From: a virus
Length of the DNA stretch: 64,000 nt
Strand: one strand, 5' to 3'
Virus record (IMG/VR): IMGVR_UViG_3300030098_006058
Location: 1 to 64,000 of that record
Shown here: positions 46,304 through 59,100 of the stretch, in pieces
How positions within the stretch are numbered: position 1 is the first letter of the stretch
Layout: each line of letters begins with the position of its first letter
Made by a program: the position numbers and the translations under genes
Notes under the pieces: generated by a model
The model's database searches: none
What the model saw: only the letters and a program-made list of their open reading frames with translations
Told to the model about the DNA's origin: nothing

Positions 46304-48886
46304 ATGGCGAATAAAAAGAAAAAAAGTTTTTCATATGAATATGGTGGTAATTCTCTAGGAATGCCTAAATGGTCTCCTATGATGAAAGCAGAATATGGTT
46401 ATGGTTCTAGTGGAGCAAATCAAGGTTTAGATTTGGTAACAAATAATATAGATAAATTTTTACCTCCTACAAATCCTCTTTCTATAGGATTAAAAGTACT
46501 TAATACTGGAATAGATATATTCAATGTACATAGAACAAACCAAAAAATAAAACAAGAAAAAAAGACATTAAATGAGAAAAGAGAATTAACTAATCTGTTA
46601 ATGGATCCAGATTCTAATAAAGACTCATTAAATATGACTCAGGCTATAGCAGCTAATCAAAGTGATATTGCAAGGATAGAGAATCTAGAAGAACAAAATA
46701 TGATGACAGATGCTATTTTACCAAATGCTAGGAATCTAGTTAATGCTGGATTAGGTACTGCAGGAGTTGATTATACAGCTGAAGGTTTTGATGAAAAAGA
46801 ATTTGTACAAGGTTTATTTGGTAATGCTGCTTATGGAGGATCTCAACAACCTACTGAAAACTATGAAGCAGAAGGAGGAGAAGTTATTCAACATGAACCT
46901 GGAAATCAGCCTGGAACAACAGGTAATATGAAAACTGTGGGTAATAATCCAACTTTATCTAAATTAGAAGGTAAGTCTCATAATCGAGGAGGAGAAGCTG
47001 TAAGTTCTGACGGAGATCAATATGTATATTCTAATAAATTAAAATCAGATGAATGGGGAATAACCTTTGCAGCAGCCGCAGAAAAAATAGCTAATAAAAT
47101 AGAAAAATTTGAAGAAGCAGCAAGTGATGGGGATAAGATAACAAAAGATACTGCTGCAGCTATGATTCAAGAATGGAATGGTAGGTTGCTTAAATTAAAA
47201 GAAGAACAAGAACGGAAGAGAGAAGAAAAATTTATGGAAATGTTACAGTCAGGTGCATCGATGGAAGAACTTTCACAGAATTTTCCTGATATACTTGAAA
47301 AGTTTATGCAAGAGAACTTAGATCCTCAACAACAATCTGGAGCTCCTCAGCCAGCTATGGATCAAGGTTTAGGAGAAGCAGAAGCTATGCTTCCACCTGA
47401 AATGAGATATGGTGGTAAAATGTATGAACATGGTGGACCACATGATGATGATCCATGGTTACCTAGAACAGATGTAGGTACAGATGCAACACAAGGACGT
47501 TTAACTGAAATGACTTTTTCAGGTTATGGTCAACCTTTAAATATATATTCAAATGATCCTAAAATGAGTGAATATCTTCAAGGATTATCAGGTACAGGAG
47601 ATCAATTAGGCGCTAAATGGTGGGGAGGTCTTCCGCCAGATCTTAAAGCAAAAGCTCAAGACTTAGGTATTACTGGTTTAGGAAGCTTTGGTGATGATGT
47701 TAATCTTATAACACAATTTGAACAAGCTGCTAATGAATTAGGATATGAGATGCCTATAGAAGAATTAGGTCAAGGTAAAGTTGGAGAATATATTCTAGGG
47801 GTTTCTGATTGGTCCCCAACAACAACACCTTCTCTAGAAACAAAGGGATTTGAAGGATTTCCATCTAAAGAATTTACATTAAACCCTGATGATTTTAAAG
47901 TAGAGGAAGAAGAAGGTGGAAGAGAGAAATGGACAGCTCAACCTACTACAGATCCTTTATTTGGACCATTTCCTCCACAAAAAAGGCGTAATCCTATTGA
48001 TTTTAGCTTTCTCAACACTAGGCGAAATATTGATTTAGGAGAAGGTAATGAAGATATATTTAATACAGGTACAGGAGAAGACAATGACCCTGAAACTGAA
48101 ACTGAAACTCCAAATAGAAAAAGTAGGATAAATATGCCGAATTTAAGGAACATTCTGAAAATGAAATTTACAAATCAGAAGAAAGAAGAAAATGCTGAGG
48201 ATCCTACAAACACTAAAGAAAAAAGAGGATTTGATTGGACAGCTTTACAAAATATGAAATTATCACCGTGGTATAATTTATCAAAATCTAAAGAACCACT
48301 AACTCCTAGCCAGATGCGTCTTAATCCTTTCTATCATGAATTAACTACTAGAGAAGATAGAGATATAAATATACAACCGATATTAAATCGTAATTTAGAT
48401 ATGATGTATACAAATCTAGATCTATCAAAAGACTTTACTGGCGGTTCAAGTAGTAGTATTATGTCTGCTTTTAATATGGCAGATCAAACAAGACAGCAAG
48501 GAGATAGTTCAGCTTGGGGTCAAAAATTATCAGGTGAAGCTCAAATAGAAGCTCAAAATGATGCAATGAAGATGGGGCTGGGAGAAGGCTTTGCAGCAGA
48601 ACAAAGAAGAATAGATGAATTAATAGGTATGAAACAGGGTAAAAGACAAGAGTTTGAAAAAACTTTCTTTGAACAAATAGATGCAATGGGAGACTTAAAT
48701 AGACAGGAAAGGAATATGAGGGCTCAAGATGAGATGCTAAGTAAAGTATTACAAAAAATTTACGGTATAAATTTAGCTGACTTTAAATCTAAATTTGGAG
48801 GATCTCCTCCTGAATATGATGTTAATCAGATAGATTGGAATGATCCAGAAATAATATCTCTTATAAAAAGTTTATTAAAAAATTAA
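46304..48886 (+). CDS. Internal virion cargo (ejection) protein
   Basis: EAEGGE...GKSHNRGG...VYSNKL motif set, repeated YGG motifs, and position after the muzzle gene. Confidence 0.75.
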   Translation: MANKKKKSFSYEYGGNSLGMPKWSPMMKAEYGYGSSGANQGLDLVTNNIDKFLPPTNPLSIGLKVLNTGIDIFNVHRTNQKIKQEKKTLNEKRELTNLLMDPDSNKDSLNMTQAIAANQSDIARIENLEEQNMMTDAILPNARNLVNAGLGTAGVDYTAEGFDEKEFVQGLFGNAAYGGSQQPTENYEAEGGEVIQHEPGNQPGTTGNMKTVGNNPTLSKLEGKSHNRGGEAVSSDGDQYVYSNKLKSDEWGITFAAAAEKIANKIEKFEEAASDGDKITKDTAAAMIQEWNGRLLKLKEEQERKREEKFMEMLQSGASMEELSQNFPDILEKFMQENLDPQQQSGAPQPAMDQGLGEAEAMLPPEMRYGGKMYEHGGPHDDDPWLPRTDVGTDATQGRLTEMTFSGYGQPLNIYSNDPKMSEYLQGLSGTGDQLGAKWWGGLPPDLKAKAQDLGITGLGSFGDDVNLITQFEQAANELGYEMPIEELGQGKVGEYILGVSDWSPTTTPSLETKGFEGFPSKEFTLNPDDFKVEEEEGGREKWTAQPTTDPLFGPFPPQKRRNPIDFSFLNTRRNIDLGEGNEDIFNTGTGEDNDPETETETPNRKSRINMPNLRNILKMKFTNQKKEENAEDPTNTKEKRGFDWTALQNMKLSPWYNLSKSKEPLTPSQMRLNPFYHELTTREDRDINIQPILNRNLDMMYTNLDLSKDFTGGSSSSIMSAFNMADQTRQQGDSSAWGQKLSGEAQIEAQNDAMKMGLGEGFAAEQRRIDELIGMKQGKRQEFEKTFFEQIDAMGDLNRQERNMRAQDEMLSKVLQKIYGINLADFKSKFGGSPPEYDVNQIDWNDPEIISLIKSLLKN

Positions 48887-48889
48887 AAA

Positions 48890-51800
48890 ATGGCAATAAA
48901 TCAACACATGCAACCTGCACAAACTTCTTTGATGCAGACTTATGTACCTCTTCCTTTTAAAGAGTTAGCTATGGTCGGTGCGCATAATAAAGAAAAAAGT
49001 GATGAAGGTGAATTATTATATAATACATTAGATCAAAGTTTATTAAAAGTTAAAGCAAGAGGACATGCACATCAGCAGATATTATCCGATTATTCTAAAA
49101 ATTTTGATACTCAATTAAGTAATATATATGATAAGCATGGTGGAGATTATATGAAAATGATACCAGATTTAAAGGTATTAAAAAATACATTAGCAAAAGA
49201 TGTAACTCAAGGAAATCTTGCTACTATTATATCACAAGCTGAACAAGCTGGTTTACATGATGAAGGTCTAGTAGAATTAAAAGGAAAAGAGGGAGGAAAA
49301 TATTATGATGAAGATTTATATTGGCAAATTCCAGGGTCTGCAGGACGTGATTGGGTAGATGCTCAAATGTGGGGTCTGGTGGAAAATCCAAACCAAGAAG
49401 GAGTATGGGATTTTGATTTCCCTACAGGTTCTGAAAATCCTTATGTTACAGGAGAAGCTAAATTACCAACAGCTTATAGTTATAGCGGTCATCATCATGC
49501 AGCTCAAGAACATGATGAAACTAAAAAGGTATTTGATCCTATTAAAACAGAAGTACAGCAATTTGTTCAAGATGGGATGACTGTAGAAACACAAAGTAAA
49601 ACTATAAATAGAATTTATAAAGCAGCTATGAATGATTATGGTTCTTTATCTTCTAATTATAGATCTGAAATTGAATATTTAAACGGTTTAAATGAAGGAG
49701 CAGATCCGTCTCATCCAGTAGAGAAAGCTACAGAATTCTTAGATGTATATTATGAAGTTACAGGCTTTATGGATAATGGAGATCCAATATTTGGAGATTT
49801 ATCGGGCCAAGATTTATTAGATAGACAACAACAATATAAAGATTATATAGAAGCGTTAACATTAGAAGATGGAACAACTCCATCAGATGTGGCTAGAAAA
49901 TTAGCTAATATCAATACAGTAGCACAATTAGGTGAAAAGTATGTATTAGGATCTACTAAAATAAAATCTGTTAGTGATTCTACAAAAGGTTTTAGTGTTA
50001 AAAGACCTGATAAAACTGTTGTCCAAATTTCTATGGATGGTTATGTTGAAAAGAATGCAATGCCTGTTATAACCGAGAAAGAGGGAGGAGCAACTTATGA
50101 ACCTATTCATGATGCATCTAACCCAGCTCTAGCTTTTAAAAATTATACAAGAGATTTATTTATTGAATACGAAAATATGTTTAAAATGTATTCACAGTAT
50201 ATGGAAAATGAGGGATCAATGTCAGCAGAGATGAAGCAAGAAAAATTACAGCAATTACAAGATCTAGAATATCAAATAAGGGCTTATAAAAATGTTGAAC
50301 ATGATCTTTTACATGATACTGCATATGATATGGGCGTATTCGCTCGAATGGATTATGGTCCTGAAGGAGAATTTAAATTTCCTAATAGAATATGGGCTAA
50401 AAGAACGGAAGTAGGAAAAGAGCATTGGCAAGCATATGGTTATACAAATCTTTTCTTTGGTAAAGATGGAAAACCCGTTAGTTTGGATGAATTTATGAAG
50501 ATACATGATTATAAAAATGAAATGCAGGTTTATCTAGATATGGAAGAACATTTAGCAAAACAACTTGAAAATTATAAACCTAGTTTTTATTCTCAAAATA
50601 TTCATGATAAACAAAAGATGTCGGGAAGTGATCATATGCCAGTATCTATTATAGGTATGATGGTACATCCAGACTTCTATATTAACAATACAGATGTATT
50701 TGGTGATGATAGATCTTTATGGAAGAATGCTGAAGATAGAATTAAAGAACAAAAATTATTTCAAGGTAGAGATATTAGAAAACGAATTGTAGATAGCTCA
50801 GGAGATGCAGATTTCGATGAACAAGTAGCAAAAGCTTTATTACCTATATTTGGTAATACAGGTTTACAATCTGTATTTAGAACTCCTGATGGTAAACAAG
50901 TATCCATATCTGATTATTTTACCGAAGAATGGGGAGCTACACAATGGGGTGAATATTTAGAGGATATATCAGATAAAAATAAAGCTCAAAGTTTTTCAAT
51001 TCAAGCAACTCCTTCACATACTGTAAATAATAGTTCTCTGTATCCTGGAGGGTTTAAAGGTATGCTTAGTATTCCGACTGGTGGAAAACATAGGGGAGCT
51101 GATAGTGAAGATTCAACATTAAATCTTTTCTTTGATATGCCTGCTGAATATACAGAAAGAAAACTAACTATGTATCCTGATGGTACTTTATATAAAGATT
51201 ATGGTTCAGATGGAGCTGCAGAATATTTAAGAGTTAATATGGAATATGCTGTACAATTAGATTTAGATGCAGCTTCTGATATTCCAGGAGATAGAATTCC
51301 TACTAAAAAACGAGGAATTCCAGGTGGGGCTATGTTTGAAACAGGAGAATATGATCCAAATGATACATACCCATTAGGTCATTGGTATTTTGAAACAAAT
51401 CCAATAACTGGTCAACCTCTTGTTAGTACTGATGGTACACAAATGGATCAATTTTTATTTAGACCTACAGAGGGTATGTTACTAGATGTAACATCTGATG
51501 GTACTCATGTATACGCTACAGGAAATGAAGTATTTAATGCAGATACTCAATTACAAGAAGTATTCAATGTTTTTGCTCTAAATGATCCTAATAGTAAATG
51601 GGCATTTGATATGATATTTGGAGGTAATGTATTAAATAATTCAGCAGATCAGCTAAAAGAACAATTTTCATATGAAGGAGGTATACCAGCAAAAGAAGAT
51701 ATTACGCATATTATAGAAGATAAATCAGGTCAAAGAGTAGAATTTGAATTAGAGGAGGGTCAAACATTATATCCATCTCGTTATAAAAATAGCGAGGGTA

Positions 51801-53167
51801 ATAATGTAAATTTAGTTGAGAATCCAGCGATAAACGAAGTTCGAAATGGCCAAGTTTGGCCTAATGCAGGCTATGAAGATTATGAGGGGGAAAATGCATT
51901 AGATGAACCTCTTAAATTACCACTTTCTCATTTTCTACAGTCTACAAATCAGGAATTAAGAACAGTAGGTAGTGACTATTTAGATAATTTAGATTTAGAT
52001 GTTTTATCTGGAGTAACAGTTACACTATCAAATGGTCAAACTGTAGATATAGCACAAGCACTTTCTGACGGTCGAATGACTATGGAATTTACTACTGGAG
52101 ATGATCTTGAATTAGTTCAAAATAATTCTAATAGAGATTATAAAGAACAAGAAAAAATTTATAATGATGCAAAGAAAAAATGGGAAGATGGAGGAAAAGT
52201 TGGTAATATAGGAGCAGAAAAACCAAATAGTTCATTCCATACACTAGGACAAGCTATTGATATTGCAGGGGGTGAGGGTATATATGATATTATACTTGTT
52301 GATCGTACTGGATATGTTCCTGCTATTGCTCAAGATGATGTTCCTTGGCAGACAATGCCATCTAATAAAAGACACTTTTATGGAAAGAATTTTAGACCAG
52401 GAGTATGGATAGGTCAAATAAAGCAACCAGAAAACTATGGATTTGTTGGTGACTATGTTGATGTTTTTGGAGATACATGGAATGTTCAAAAAGATGATGC
52501 ACAAGAATTTGCTAAACATGAAAAGAACAAAACAGGAGCTCTATATGCTTGGCCAGGTTATGCAGGTACACCGAAATCGATTAAGGATGATAGAAGACTG
52601 GGGATAGGATATATTGATTATTGGGCTGAGGGATGGTATTCTCAAGAATATCTAGAAGATCTTAAAGCGCTCCATGGTGAAAAGGATTATGACTATCAAG
52701 TCTTCCCAACAGGACTTGGAAAAACAAATCCAAATGATCCTTTTATACCTATAGGTACTAATGAAGCAGGTGGTTACATTTGGGGGGATGGTTTTTTTGG
52801 TGAGAATGATTGGTTTGATTATAGAGGTGAGGGATATACCGCTGCGAGTCCTGGTTGGAATTCTGTACGTTTAGGTGATATTACAATTAATGGTACAAAA
52901 CCTTTTAAAAATACTCAGAAAGAATTAACTAAATTAGTATTTGATGCATTGTGGGAAACAAAAAATAATGGAGATAATTCTGCAATATTACAAAAAATAG
53001 GGAAACCCGTTACAGATAAAACAATGAGTGAAAATCCATTAGAGAAACTATATTTTAAATACAGTGATTTAGATTTTGGTCAGATGCCAGGAGAATGGTG
53101 GCACTGGTCAGTTGGAGAAAATAGAGATTGGAATAGTACTATAAAATATCCAGATTGGGTCGAATAA
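48890..53167 (+). CDS. Large cargo protein with C-terminal M15-like peptidase motifs
   Basis: N-terminal TYVPLPF motif; R..KEQ..IY, SFHTLGQAIDI and EWWHW. Confidence 0.75.
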   Translation: MAINQHMQPAQTSLMQTYVPLPFKELAMVGAHNKEKSDEGELLYNTLDQSLLKVKARGHAHQQILSDYSKNFDTQLSNIYDKHGGDYMKMIPDLKVLKNTLAKDVTQGNLATIISQAEQAGLHDEGLVELKGKEGGKYYDEDLYWQIPGSAGRDWVDAQMWGLVENPNQEGVWDFDFPTGSENPYVTGEAKLPTAYSYSGHHHAAQEHDETKKVFDPIKTEVQQFVQDGMTVETQSKTINRIYKAAMNDYGSLSSNYRSEIEYLNGLNEGADPSHPVEKATEFLDVYYEVTGFMDNGDPIFGDLSGQDLLDRQQQYKDYIEALTLEDGTTPSDVARKLANINTVAQLGEKYVLGSTKIKSVSDSTKGFSVKRPDKTVVQISMDGYVEKNAMPVITEKEGGATYEPIHDASNPALAFKNYTRDLFIEYENMFKMYSQYMENEGSMSAEMKQEKLQQLQDLEYQIRAYKNVEHDLLHDTAYDMGVFARMDYGPEGEFKFPNRIWAKRTEVGKEHWQAYGYTNLFFGKDGKPVSLDEFMKIHDYKNEMQVYLDMEEHLAKQLENYKPSFYSQNIHDKQKMSGSDHMPVSIIGMMVHPDFYINNTDVFGDDRSLWKNAEDRIKEQKLFQGRDIRKRIVDSSGDADFDEQVAKALLPIFGNTGLQSVFRTPDGKQVSISDYFTEEWGATQWGEYLEDISDKNKAQSFSIQATPSHTVNNSSLYPGGFKGMLSIPTGGKHRGADSEDSTLNLFFDMPAEYTERKLTMYPDGTLYKDYGSDGAAEYLRVNMEYAVQLDLDAASDIPGDRIPTKKRGIPGGAMFETGEYDPNDTYPLGHWYFETNPITGQPLVSTDGTQMDQFLFRPTEGMLLDVTSDGTHVYATGNEVFNADTQLQEVFNVFALNDPNSKWAFDMIFGGNVLNNSADQLKEQFSYEGGIPAKEDITHIIEDKSGQRVEFELEEGQTLYPSRYKNSEGNNVNLVENPAINEVRNGQVWPNAGYEDYEGENALDEPLKLPLSHFLQSTNQELRTVGSDYLDNLDLDVLSGVTVTLSNGQTVDIAQALSDGRMTMEFTTGDDLELVQNNSNRDYKEQEKIYNDAKKKWEDGGKVGNIGAEKPNSSFHTLGQAIDIAGGEGIYDIILVDRTGYVPAIAQDDVPWQTMPSNKRHFYGKNFRPGVWIGQIKQPENYGFVGDYVDVFGDTWNVQKDDAQEFAKHEKNKTGALYAWPGYAGTPKSIKDDRRLGIGYIDYWAEGWYSQEYLEDLKALHGEKDYDYQVFPTGLGKTNPNDPFIPIGTNEAGGYIWGDGFFGENDWFDYRGEGYTAASPGWNSVRLGDITINGTKPFKNTQKELTKLVFDALWETKNNGDNSAILQKIGKPVTDKTMSENPLEKLYFKYSDLDFGQMPGEWWHWSVGENRDWNSTIKYPDWVE

Positions 53168-53176
53168 TTATTACAA

Positions 53177-56100
53177 ATGAGTGAGAAAACATCAGCATTA
53201 AAGGGTATATTTTCAAATACCTCTACAGAATTAGATCCGGGTACGAATTTACCTAAGAGCCCTACTAAAGGTCCTAACGACCCTCCTATTGCTCCTCCCA
53301 AAGGTGCTAAAAGGTATAATAGAGGAGGATCTAATTCTAATTTATGGGGAGATGGTGTAAATAGTGTATCTGATATATTTAAAATCCCTTCTGAAACAGG
53401 TAAGATGGGAACTCCCCCAACAATATTTCCAGGTCCTAGTTATTACGATTTACCGGATGTAGATTTTGATATATACGATAGAGGGACTACTCTTCAACGA
53501 AGAGCTAGTAGGCAAGGTGTAGGAGAACAAATACTAGGAGCTTTGAATCAAGCAGTATTTGGAGAAGTTTTAGGAGGAACTATTGAAGCTCTGGGAGCCT
53601 TAGCAGATTTTGCATGGGGTGGAATAGGTGAAACGTATGGTAACTGGATGACTGAATTAGGATCTGATATAAGAAATTTTACAAAAGAGATTACTCCTAT
53701 TTATCAAATGTATCCAGGAATGGCTTGGAATCCGTCTGATTCTGGATGGTGGGCTCAAAATGCAGTATCTGTAGCATCTACACTATCATTACTTATTCCT
53801 GCTAGAGGAGTTCAAGTAGCGGGAGGAAAACTTATGATGGGAATTGCTAAGGGTACAAAGAAAATTAATAAGGCTAAAAAAGGAACTAAACTTCATAACT
53901 TCGCTAAAAAAATTGAAAATGCAGCGCACGGTACAAAATGGACTAGAGCTGCAGGTACGGCTGTATTAGGAGGTACTGCTAGTAGATTTATGGAAAATTA
54001 TAGAGAAGCTGCAGAAACTGGAGTACATTCTCTTGAAAAAAATCTAAAATTTTTATCTGATCCGGAAAATCTAGAAGAGTTTTTAAATAGTGAAGAAGGT
54101 CAGATATTTTTAGAAGAAACAGGAATTACAAGAAATGATCCTAATATCGTAACTAAAGCTGCACAATATGCTTCCGGAAAAGCTGCATCGCATGCATTTA
54201 AAATAGATTGGGCTAACTGGGCTTTTGATGTATTTCAATACGGTCTTATGTTTTCTCCTGGGTTATTTGGAAAGATAGGAACACGTACCGGAAAAGGTTC
54301 TTCTGCTGCAACGAAAGCTCAACAAGGATTTTTAAAGGCTCCAAAAAAAGTTAAATCACCTAGATTTGGAAGACTAGGTGCTGCATTTAATTGGACTGTT
54401 AAAAAAGGTAAACCTTTTGCTAAATGGGCTGCATGGTCTGCTACAGAGGGTGTAGAAGAGATGGTTAACTATATTGGTATGCAAGAAGGTATTCGAAGAG
54501 GTGATTTAATATTAGGTAATACAGGATATACTAATAAAGAATATATAGAATCTGATGACTTTTTAGGACGTTTAGATCACTATATGGAACAAGGTGGATT
54601 TTGGACATCCGCTATGTGGGGTGCGATAGGTGGAGGTATATTTACCGGGGTTGCAGGTATTAGAAATAGAAATTATCATAAAAAATTAGCAGAACAAAAA
54701 GTACAAGAAATTGGAGAAAGAACAGCGTTAATTACTGAATTAATGCAAGAAAGACAAAGATATGAAGCAATAGGAGATATTGACGGTATGAGAAAGATCG
54801 ATCAACAACTTGCTATTGAATTGGCGTTAAAAGCTGCAGCTGTAGGAAATGTAGACTTATTATTAGAAATGATTAATGACCCTATGATGGATGAAGCTTT
54901 AGAGTCAGGGGGAATGAAAAAAGAAGATATACAAGCTAAAAAGAAAGAAATAATAGAAACTGTTGAGCTAGTTGAGAAATTATATAATTCTAGAATGAAT
55001 ACCCTAACAGGGGATAAATATAGTGATGCATTAGGAGCATCTATTGTTAGAATGGAAATGAATATTTCTATGTATCAAAATCTTATTGATGAGATAAATA
55101 AACGTATAGAAGCAGGAGAAACATCAGATGTTGTTTTACAAGATGGTTTTAAAATTGGGTCTAATACTAAAAATAGATATGATTTACAAAGAAAAATACA
55201 AGAAGTAAATAAAGTACTTCAAATGTTTGAACAAATTAGGTCTGGTCTAGAAAAAGCAAATGCTGAAGCCGGAACTTCTGAAAAAGATAAACAACAAAAT
55301 AGTTTAGCTTTAGAAGAAACTAATAAGCAGATAGAAAAATATAAACAACAATTATCAGAGCTTGAAAAGAAATCAACTCTTGCTAAAAAAGATTCTCAAG
55401 ATAATTATGATGCGGGAGTATATAAACAAGAAGAAGACTTTTTAAAGAAAGTCCAAGAGATGGATCAAAGAGGGCTAGCAGAAAAGAAAGCTTTATATAC
55501 AAATTTACGGGATTTAAGTTGGGAACAACTCAATAGATTATTATCAGGAGAAACAACATTAATAGATAAAGATAAAAAAGAAGTAGGAAAAGCAAGTGTT
55601 CCAAAAACTGAACAAGAGGTTATAGAAGATTCTTTAGGGACAGGTACAGAACAGGCTAAACAATCAGCTCAAACAAGAGCAAAAATACAAGATTTAAGAA
55701 ACTTTATAATAAAAAATAAACCAAGTTTAAAAGCTCTTGATGATTTTATTGCACAATATCCTACTGATCAAGAGTTTCAAAGAGTAGCCGCATTAGCTAG
55801 AGAAGCTTATGCGCAATATAAAAATGAACAAGATTTTCGTGATAAAAATGACAGCTTTAGATCTAAATTAAAGAAAGTTATTAAAAAGGAAACAGACGAA
55901 ATAAAAGATTATATTGATGAAGCTAATAAGAAATTTTTAGAAGAATTAGATAAACTTACTAAACCTAAAACATCTATGAAAGATGTACGTAAAGGTGTTG
56001 AAACAGAGATTTGGTATAGAAATTGGATAGAAAATGGAGCTCTTAGAACTTATGGTATTAAAGAATCTCAGGATTATTTAATTAATGAATTATTTGATGA

Positions 56101-59100
56101 ATTTACACCGGTTATTTCTGTTGTTTGGAAAGGAAAAGTAGGTTCTTTATTTATAGACCCAGAAACTAATGAATATATTTTTAGACATGGAAGATCTGGA
56201 AAAGAAACAATTATACCTGTAGAGCCAGAAACTGCTTCAAATAAATATAGGAACTCTAAAGGACAGTATACTAAAGGAGCTACTTTACGTCATTTAGATA
56301 TGAGATTATTAAAGAATTCATATCTAAATATGAGTATTATAGCAGATGGTAGAACTATTATGATTAATGGTGAATACTATAATATATTAGATTCTGATCC
56401 TTCATCAGCAATTAAATATAATAAAAAAACAGCTGAAGTTTTAGGAGTACATTTAACTAAATGGGATGGAACAAAAGTTTTCATTACTACTCCTGGCCTT
56501 AAATATGAGATAGCTAATATAATTGAAACTTTGGAAGCTGTTAAAAGAATTCAGTTTAAAAACTTAGTGCAAAATGATTTTATGATCATTGAACATGAGG
56601 GTACAGAATATATAGTTCAATATGAAAATGCTGGAATGAAAGGTTTATTCCAGGATTACCAAGAATTAACAGTTAGATTAGAAGATGGTACTCCAGCTTC
56701 TTCCGATATAAAGAAAGAAGTTTTAAAAATCGCTAATCAAAATCTTACAAAAGCAATAGAACAAGAAATTAATAATATTAAAGTTAAATATAATGAAGCT
56801 AGAACATCTAATAATGTTACTCCCGCCAAAAATACAGAAACAACTCTTGAGTCTACACCCGAACAAGAGGGCAAAATTTCTGAGGACCCAGGGAAGGTCA
56901 AACAAATTACGCAATCCGAAATAAATTCAGAGAAAATAGAAGAATCTTCTGAAGGAAAAAAGGAAGAATTAAATACAAAAGAAGAAAAAGATTTAGCGAA
57001 CGGTGCACGTAATAGTATTGAACAAAATTCCTCTTCAATTACTGAAGAAGAAAATCAAAAGAATACAAAAGAAGAAGAGACACAGAATAAAGAACAAACG
57101 AAAAAAAAGCTAGAAGAGGTTATAGGCTTAGGCTCACAGCATGAATCAAATGAAAGTACTACACCTGAAGATGAGATGAATAAAGATCAAAATACTTTAG
57201 GATTAATTTCTTCTCCAACTGATACAGATCCAGATAATTTAGATGCACAATATCCATCAGGTTTTATTACAGAAATGGCCTGGATTAATATAGGAACAAA
57301 AGAAAATCCTTTAATTGTTAATTTACTTGATGGTAATGGTAATTTAATTGGAAATAGAATAGGTATTGGAACTGTTCCTTATATAGATAAGACTATAGAA
57401 GAAATGTCTAATCTTGAGAAGAGTTTATTAGAAGCAGGAAATGCTCGTATTGTAAAACTATATCATTGGAAACCTGTAGAATCAAATGTTGATGGTGTAA
57501 TGACAGTTTTAACTGAAGGAAGTCGAGCTATTGTAGATGAATCTCAATTAAAAGAATTAACTAATGACGAAGGAAAGCCATTATTTAGAATATGGAAAAC
57601 CAATACAGTAAAAGTAAGTGATTATATATCAACAGATGTATTAAATAGTCCTAAATTTGGGGTAGGGACTAAAATTATTTTAAGAGTTGAACCAAATGAT
57701 CAATTCTTCTCATCAAATGAACCTAATAAAGTAACTATTACATTAAGATTAGCATCTAATCCATCTATTATTTTAACTAAAAGACAAGGAGTTTTTGAAC
57801 AAGATGGAGAACTTTATGATCAAGTAAAGTCAATGTTAGAATCGGGAGATATTAAAGATATAGAAGCCGAAGTAACTGGAAAAACAAATGGATATGTTAT
57901 CAATATTAAAAGGAATGGAAAATCAGTTGAATCTAGTTTAAATACTTTAGAAGGACAATTTCCTTTAATATTAGGTTATGCTCAAGGAGATGTTATGAGA
58001 ATTGAAGGAGAAGAATATCAAGATATTATAGTTCCAGATAGTCCTTATTATGAGTCTGGTGCTACTTATTTAATTATACCTGCATCTAATGGAACATATA
58101 TACCAGTCAGGTTAAATACACAAAAATTAACAGATTTTGCAGCTGAAAAAGTGTTAGAAATAATATTATCTGAGATTACAAATCCTGAACAAAAAAGAGC
58201 GCAAGTTAATAAAATTGTTAATGTTTATTCTAAAGTTACTAGTGATAAGGTATTGGCTTTAGATAATTATGAATTTAAATTTAAATATGGTGATTTTAAT
58301 ATTGGTATACAATATAATATAGAAGGAAGCGGTAAAAACGCTAAAAACAATTTAAAAAATGCAATAGAAGGTAAACCTTTTCATTTCAAATTATATGATG
58401 AATTTGGTCTTCAAGTTAGTAAAGGAGAGTTTAAAGATGGAGATACTATAAAACAAAAAACATTAAGAGAATCTTCAGAATTAAATATAAATGAAAACGG
58501 TCCTATAAAAGAGGCTATTATAGAACATTTAAAAACTAAATATTATAATATTCAAAAAAATGAATTAAATAGTGACCAAAAATTTATATCTCCCCTAAAA
58601 GATGGTAAAGTATATAAAAATTACTTAGAGTATTTATCAGACCCAGAATTAAAAATAATAACTCATGATATTCCAAGCGGATCTCAAACAAAATTCTTTA
58701 ATACAAAAGTATTTTTTAAACTTACATCTAAACCAATTAAAGCTACTTCTAAAAAGAAGAGTGCACCCTCTTTCCTTAGTTCAAGTGACAAAAAAGTTAT
58801 TAATAGTGTAGAAACTGAAAATGAAAATATTTCTGAAATTCCTACTGAATATGATGAAGTAAAAGGAAAAGTAAAAAAATCAGGTCGAAGAAAATACACT
58901 GTTACAGAACAAACAGATAATAGTCAAAGAAATCCTAATATTGAGACATTTGATCCAACAAAATTAGCAGGTATCCCGAAAGATAGTACTGTAGAAAGTT
59001 CAGATAATTTATCTGATAACGAGAATAATATTATATCAGATAAATCTGAAGAAAGAAAAAATAATAAAAGTGATGATAATTTTGATGTTCAATTAAGACA

